Source of the DNA: Chitinophaga pinensis
Lineage (GTDB): Bacteria; Bacteroidota; Bacteroidia; UKL13-3
Direction: 5' to 3'
Length of the DNA: 64,000 nucleotides
Assembly: GCA_945861965.1 (NCBI GenBank)
Contig: CAMAWM010000001.1
Location: 43,565 to 107,564, forward strand
Below the pieces are notes generated by a model that had not been told where the DNA came from, searched no databases, and saw only the letters and a program-made list of their open reading frames with translations. Shown one piece after another: positions 59,581 to 64,000 of the stretch; positions within the stretch are counted from its first letter, which is position 1; each line of letters starts with the position of its first letter. The translations under genes were made by a program, and so were the position numbers.

Positions 59581-60510
59581 TTAGGAATTCGTTTCGGTAA
59601 GATTGAAATGCACTAATTTTTTAAAAACTTCAATTCGTTGGCTTAATACATTTTCATTCAAATCCACTAATCGTTCGGTCCCAAATTTCTCGACACAAAA
59701 ACTAGCCATAGCCGAGCCATAAATTACTGCATTTTTCATGTTTTCAAAACTTATGTCATCGGTTTTGGCTAAGTAGCCAATAAAGCCACCAGCAAATGTA
59801 TCGCCTGCACCGGTTGGATCAAATACTTCTTCGAGTGGCAATGCCGGAGCAAAGAAAACTTCCTTGCCATGAAACAGAAGTGCACCGTTTTCGCCCTTTT
59901 TTATGATTAAATATTTAGGGCCCATTTCCTGAATTTTAACTGCTGCTTTTACCAATGAGTATTCGCCCGAAAGTTGTCGAGCTTCTTCGTCATTAATTGT
60001 CAAAACATCAACCATCGAAAGTGTTTTTTTCAAATCATCCATGGCTATTTCCATCCAAAAATTCATCGTATCCATTACAATCAATTTTGGACGAGTTGTC
60101 AATCGTTCAATCACGGTTTGCTGTACTTTTGGTGTCAAATTCCCAAGCATTAAATACTGACAGTTTTGATACGAATCGGGAATTATAGGATCAAAATCAC
60201 CCAGTACATTTAATTCAGTAATTAACGTATCGCGGCTATTCATATCGGTATGGTATTTTCCGCTCCAGAAAAAAGATTTTTCGCCTTTTTTTATTTGCAA
60301 TCCTTCTGTATCTACTCCATGATTGTTTAAATGCGAGATAAATTCATGCGGAAAATCATCTCCGACAACGCCAACCAAGTTTACATTTTTGGTAAAGTAT
60401 GAAGCGCAAAGAGAAATGTAAGATGCTGCTCCACCAACGATCTTGTCTGTTTTTCCAAAGGGAGTTTCAATGGCATCAAATGCAACACTACCGACAACTA
60501 ATAGACTCAT
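59581..60510 (-). CDS. PfkB-family carbohydrate/nucleoside kinase
   Basis: PfkB signature DPTGAGDTFAGGFIGYLA. The likely start is MSLLVVGSVAFD at 60510; the tracked ORF extends to 60549. Confidence 0.8.
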   Translation of the reverse strand: MSLLVVGSVAFDAIETPFGKTDKIVGGAASYISLCASYFTKNVNLVGVVGDDFPHEFISHLNNHGVDTEGLQIKKGEKSFFWSGKYHTDMNSRDTLITELNVLGDFDPIIPDSYQNCQYLMLGNLTPKVQQTVIERLTTRPKLIVMDTMNFWMEIAMDDLKKTLSMVDVLTINDEEARQLSGEYSLVKAAVKIQEMGPKYLIIKKGENGALLFHGKEVFFAPALPLEEVFDPTGAGDTFAGGFIGYLAKTDDISFENMKNAVIYGSAMASFCVEKFGTERLVDLNENVLSQRIEVFKKLVHFNLTETNS

Positions 60511-60592
60511 AAATATTTTTTTAAATTTTTTTTGCCGCGAATATTGCATAATAAATCTGCAAAACCTATCATTGCAGCCCCATTAACAAAAT

Positions 60593-60666
60593 TCCTTGGT
60601 AGCTCAGCTGGTTAGAGCACATGACTGTTAATCATGGGGTCGCTGGTTCGAGCCCAGCCCAGGGAG
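60593..60666 (+). tRNA. tRNA-Asn (anticodon GTT)
   Basis: 74-nt cloverleaf: acceptor stem tccttgg/ccaggga, D-arm gctc-agctggtta-gagc, anticodon arm catga-ctGTTaa-tcatg, 5-nt variable loop, T-arm gctgg-ttcgagc-ccagc. CCA is not encoded. Confidence 0.85.
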
Positions 60667-60670
60667 CAAA

Positions 60671-60705
60671 AAGCCAATCGTAAATTACGGTTGGCTTTTT
60701 TATTT
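60671..60705 (+). terminator. Rho-independent terminator after tRNA-Asn
   Basis: Stem agccaatcg/cggttggct with one G-U pair, loop taaatta, followed by ttttttattttg. Confidence 0.65.
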
Positions 60706-60728
60706 TGTTTCAAGCATATTTTGCATTT

Positions 60729-60756
60729 GTAGAGACGATGCATGCAACGTCTCTAC
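60729..60756. repeat. REP-like perfect palindrome
   Basis: gtagagacg-atgcatgcaa-cgtctctac: 9-bp perfect stem and 10-nt loop. Confidence 0.7.
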
Positions 60757-60778
60757 AGGGAATCATTTCATCATTATT

Positions 60779-61007
60779 TCAAACATAATAGTCATCTTCT
60801 TTCCAATTTACAGGATTATTTATGATATAATTTCTGATGTTTTCAAATGACCGAGCATCGCGAATGATGTGGTCGTAAAATCGGGGTTGCCATTCAAAAT
60901 CAGGGTTTATTTTTCGGCATTCTTTGCTGACTGCTGATTTGAATGACCTGATAATAACTGATAGTGAATATGCCTTTGGGCTAATATTCTGAAAATGCTA
61001 ATTTTAT
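60779..61007 (-). pseudogene. N-terminally truncated RAYT / IS200-like (HUH Y1) transposase remnant
   Basis: The minus-strand frame opens directly after an in-frame stop with no initiator and reads HFQNISPKAYSLSVIIRSFKSAVSKECRKINPDFEWQPRFYDHIIRDARSFENIRNYIINNPVNWKEDDYYV*. This matches the Y1 transposase C-terminus (SFKS..., WQ.RFYDH.IRDE..., YI.NNPV.W). The N-terminal HUH motif is missing. Confidence 0.7.
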
Positions 61008-61016
61008 TCGAATTAT

Positions 61017-61043
61017 GTAGAGACATTACATGCAACGTCAGAG
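61017..61043. repeat. Second, degenerate copy of the REP-like element
   Basis: gtagagacattacatgcaacgtcagag shares gtagagac..catgcaacgtc with the 60729 copy. Confidence 0.55.
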
Positions 61044-61121
61044 TGTGAAAAAACTATTCACAAACAGGATGTAAACATGAGGATAAAAGTAGAAAAAACA
61101 AAGCAAATAAGATTGTTCATT

Positions 61122-61373
61122 TGAGTATTCAAAACACATGGAATACATCACACCAATTTAATGGGACTAAAAAAAGTAAATGGAGAGTTTGCCTTAATCA
61201 TGATGGTTTATAACATGAAACGCTGCATGAATATTTTAGGAATGGATGATTTGATAGAAAAAATAAAAAACTGGGTACCCAATTACAAAGGGACAACTCC
61301 TATTTTTAATAAATCGACCTTTATAAAAGCCATTACAGCACACTTTTTTCGCCAACAAAAATTAGCAGCTTAA
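61122..61373 (+). pseudogene. C-terminal fragment of an IS5/IS1182-family DDE transposase
   Basis: ...GLKKVNGEFALIMMVYNMKRCMNILGMDDLIEKIK... resembles the conserved C-terminal helix (E..L...AYNLKR..N) of IS4/IS5/IS1182 transposases. No upstream DDE domain is found in any frame. Confidence 0.5.
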
Positions 61374-61489
61374 AAATCAAGTATCGTATAATCGAAGCAA
61401 ATCGAACAATACCCTATGCTATAAAATAATTTGTACCCTTTTTTTATGAAAAACTGAGTTTTTTCACAGCCTGACGCCTCTAATATAAA

Positions 61490-64000
61490 TTACATATTCC
61501 GTCTGTACTGTCCACCAACCTCAAACAATGCATTTGTTATTTGTCCAAGCGAACAATATTTTACGGTTTCCATTAATTCGGCAAAAATATTTTTGTTGTG
61601 AATGGCTGTTTGTTGTAATTTTAAAAGCATTTCTGCTCCTTTTTCTGTGTTGCCTTTTTTCAATTCATTCAACATTTCAATCTGATATTCTTTTTCATCG
61701 GCCGTACTTCTAATAATTTCTTTGGGCAAAACAGTGGGCGAACCCTTGCTGCTTAAAAAAGCATTGACACCAATAATCGGAAATTCGCCCGAGTGTTTTA
61801 GCGTTTCGTAATAAATGCTTTCCTCTTGTATTTTATTGCGTTGGTACATGGTTTCCATTGCGCCCAAAACGCCACCTCGTTCGCTTATTTTATCAAACTC
61901 AGTCAACACAGCTTCTTCAACCAAGTTGGTCAATTCTTCAATAATAAACGAACCTTGTAAAGGGTTTTCATTTTTTGCCAATCCCAATTCGCGGTTTATA
62001 ATTAACTGAATAGCCATTGCTCTTCGCACACTTTCTTCGGTTGGCGTTGTGATGGCTTCATCGTAGGCATTTGTATGAAGTGAGTTGCAGTTGTCGTAAA
62101 TGGCGTACAATGCTTGTAGCGTTGTACGAATATCGTTGAAATCAATTTCCTGAGCATGCAAACTTCGTCCGCTGGTTTGAATATGGTATTTCAGCATTTG
62201 ACTTCTTTCGTTTGCAGCGTATTTCAGTTTCATGGCTTTTGCCCAAATTTTTCGAGCTACACGCCCAATCACTGAATATTCGGGGTCTATTCCGTTTGAG
62301 AAAAAGAAAGAAAGATTGGGAGCAAAATCATCAATGTGCATTCCACGACTTAAGTAATACTCAACAAAAGTAAAACCGTTAGAAAGCGTAAGCGCTAACT
62401 GCGTAACGGGATTTGCTCCGGCTTCGGCAATGTGATATCCGCTAATGGAAACCGAATAAAAATTTCGTACGGCTTGGTCAATAAAATATTGTTGCACATC
62501 GCCCATCAAACGCAAACTGAATTCGGTTGAAAAAATGCAAGTGTTTTGTGCTTGATCTTCTTTCAAAATATCTGCTTGAACAGTCCCTCGAACTTGACTC
62601 AAAGTTTCGGTTTTTATTTTCTCGTACACGTCTTTTGGCAAAACCATTTCGCCCGAAATGCCAAGCAACATCAATCCAAGACCGTCATTTCCTTCTGGTA
62701 ATTCTTCGTTGTATTTTGGTCGTTTTGTGCCTTTCGTTTTAAAAATTTCTTCTGTCTTTTTATTGACCTCATTTTCCAAATTATTTTGTTTGATATACAA
62801 TTCGCATTGTTGATCAATAGCAGCATTCATAAAAAATGCACAAATAATTGCAGCAGGTCCGTTAATGGTCATCGAAACTGAGGTTTTTGGATCAGCCAAA
62901 TTAAAGCCTGAATACAATTTTTTTGCGGCCTCAAGACTCCAAACACTTACACCCGAATTGCCAATTTTGCCATAAATATCGGGCCTGTGATCGGGGTCGT
63001 TACCATACAGAGTAACCGAATCAAAAGCAGTAGATAATCTTTTGGCGGGCATTCCTATGCTAACATAATGAAAGCGTTTGTTGGTGCGTTCAGGTCCGCC
63101 TTCACCGGCAAACATTCTGGTTGGATCTTCGCCCTCTCTTTTAAACGGATAAATTCCGGCAGTGTAAGGAAAATCGCCAGGCGAATTTTCTTGCAACATC
63201 CAACTAAGCAAATCGCCCCAACCTTTAAATTTGGGTAATACAACTTTTGGGATACGCTGTTGCGACAGACTAGTAGAAAAAGTTTTTAGCGAAAGCACTT
63301 TGTTTCTAACTTTGAATTTATATTCATCATCGCTGAATAGTTTTTTCTTTGCATTCCAATCTTCTAAAAGTTTTTTGTTTTTTGGATCGAGTTCTAATTT
63401 TATGCTTTCGTATTCGGCAATCAATACTTTTATTGCATTCTTTTTTTCATCGTCTTTAACATTTTTCAGAATTTTTTCAAACTGTTCGGCAGCGGCAATG
63501 CTCATATCCAATTGTGTATCCGAAAGAGTTTGTATGGAGTAAAAAAGCGAATACATTTTATCGGCTACTTTGCTTTGATGGATGGCCCAATTGTCGTAGC
63601 CACGATTGTTTTCCGAAATTTCAGAAAGGTAACGTGTGCGATGAGGAGGAATGATGTAAATTTTTTCGCTCATCTCTTCACTTATGGCATAGTTTGATTT
63701 TAAATCGGCATCGGTTATTTCAACTATTTTATCCATCACGGCTTTGTACAAACTGTTCATTCCTGGATCGTTGAATTGAGATGCAATCGTGCCATAAACT
63801 GGCATTTGATTGCTGTCTATGTCAAACATTTTATGATTGCGTTGGTATTGTTTTTTTACATCTCGCAAAGCATCAAGAGCGCCTTTTTTGTCAAATTTGT
63901 TGATAGCAATAATGTTTGCAAAATCCAACATGTCAATTTTTTCAAGTTGTGTTGCGGCTCCGTATTCTGGTGTCATTACATACAAAGCCACATCGCTGTG
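61490..64000 (-). CDS. icmF: Fused isobutyryl-CoA mutase (IcmF-like: MeaB-type G-domain plus B12-dependent acyl-CoA mutase substrate domain); 5' end lies outside the window
   Basis: The N-terminal part inside the window carries the MeaB/ArgK G4-region ([31 protein letters not shown]). It continues into a methylmalonyl-CoA-mutase-type TIM-barrel domain ([20 protein letters not shown] ... [22 protein letters not shown]). The ORF remains open at the window edge. Confidence 0.8.
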   Translation of the reverse strand, partial: HSDVALYVMTPEYGAATQLEKIDMLDFANIIAINKFDKKGALDALRDVKKQYQRNHKMFDIDSNQMPVYGTIASQFNDPGMNSLYKAVMDKIVEITDADLKSNYAISEEMSEKIYIIPPHRTRYLSEISENNRGYDNWAIHQSKVADKMYSLFYSIQTLSDTQLDMSIAAAEQFEKILKNVKDDEKKNAIKVLIAEYESIKLELDPKNKKLLEDWNAKKKLFSDDEYKFKVRNKVLSLKTFSTSLSQQRIPKVVLPKFKGWGDLLSWMLQENSPGDFPYTAGIYPFKREGEDPTRMFAGEGGPERTNKRFHYVSIGMPAKRLSTAFDSVTLYGNDPDHRPDIYGKIGNSGVSVWSLEAAKKLYSGFNLADPKTSVSMTINGPAAIICAFFMNAAIDQQCELYIKQNNLENEVNKKTEEIFKTKGTKRPKYNEELPEGNDGLGLMLLGISGEMVLPKDVYEKIKTETLSQVRGTVQADILKEDQAQNTCIFSTEFSLRLMGDVQQYFIDQAVRNFYSVSISGYHIAEAGANPVTQLALTLSNGFTFVEYYLSRGMHIDDFAPNLSFFFSNGIDPEYSVIGRVARKIWAKAMKLKYAANERSQMLKYHIQTSGRSLHAQEIDFNDIRTTLQALYAIYDNCNSLHTNAYDEAITTPTEESVRRAMAIQLIINRELGLAKNENPLQGSFIIEELTNLVEEAVLTEFDKISERGGVLGAMETMYQRNKIQEESIYYETLKHSGEFPIIGVNAFLSSKGSPTVLPKEIIRSTADEKEYQIEMLNELKKGNTEKGAEMLLKLQQTAIHNKNIFAELMETVKYCSLGQITNALFEVGGQYRRNM

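Noticed and set aside
60511-60549. Longer PfkB kinase start at 60549 (MQYSRQKKFKKIF...)
   Set aside because: PfkB kinases start at the MSLLVVGS-type beta-strand. The upstream 13 codons are A/T-rich, lysine-rich and look like leader sequence, so the start was set to 60510.
1-64000. CRISPR arrays, integrases and phage structural gene clusters
   Set aside because: I looked for short regularly spaced direct repeats and for tyrosine or serine recombinase motifs and found none. The only tandem repeats are the in-frame adhesin repeats. The only mobile-element signatures are the decayed fragments at 60.7-61.4 kb.

Overview
This window is a 64-kb low-GC Bacteroidetes chromosomal segment; T9SS C-terminal sorting domains, gldA/gldF/gldG-like genes and A-rich leaders without Shine-Dalgarno sequences suggest a gliding Flavobacteriia/Sphingobacteriia-type organism. 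The backbone is conserved housekeeping: sucD, gdh, psd, thrS-infC-rpmI-rplT, a complete minus-strand dcw cluster (mraZ-rsmH-ftsL-ftsI-murE-mraY-murD-ftsW-murG-murC-ftsQ-ftsA-ftsZ), mfd, proS, ftcD, comEC, a tRNA-Asn, and the 3' portion of a fused isobutyryl-CoA mutase (icmF-like). Several small accessory insertions interrupt this backbone. The strongest candidate system is a three-gene HipB/HipS/HipT-like kinase toxin-antitoxin cassette inserted after the rplT terminator. It is bracketed by 41-bp direct repeats of that terminator (40/41 identical) and carries three 40-bp-phased TTRTACCCG operator-like motifs in its promoter. There is a 2.9-kb insert (a lipoprotein plus a T9SS-sorted protein) flanked by ~55-bp direct repeats that duplicate the 3' end of an alpha/beta-hydrolase gene. 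A RAYT/IS200-like transposase remnant sits between REP-like palindromes, next to an IS5/IS1182-like transposase fragment, just downstream of tRNA-Asn. A secreted GxSxG esterase gene is inserted between murD and mraY. A TPR hybrid sensor kinase carries substitutions at both phospho-acceptor positions (HisKA His to Ser, receiver Asp to Glu). A 118-aa alkyltransferase-like (ATL) protein lacks the catalytic Cys. A 1383-aa T9SS adhesin has an ASST-like N-terminal domain and ten tandem ~80-aa repeats. Ten-bp-phased GTGG direct repeats upstream of mraZ look like an MraZ operator. All calls rest on reading the sequence and motif recall; no database searches were run.
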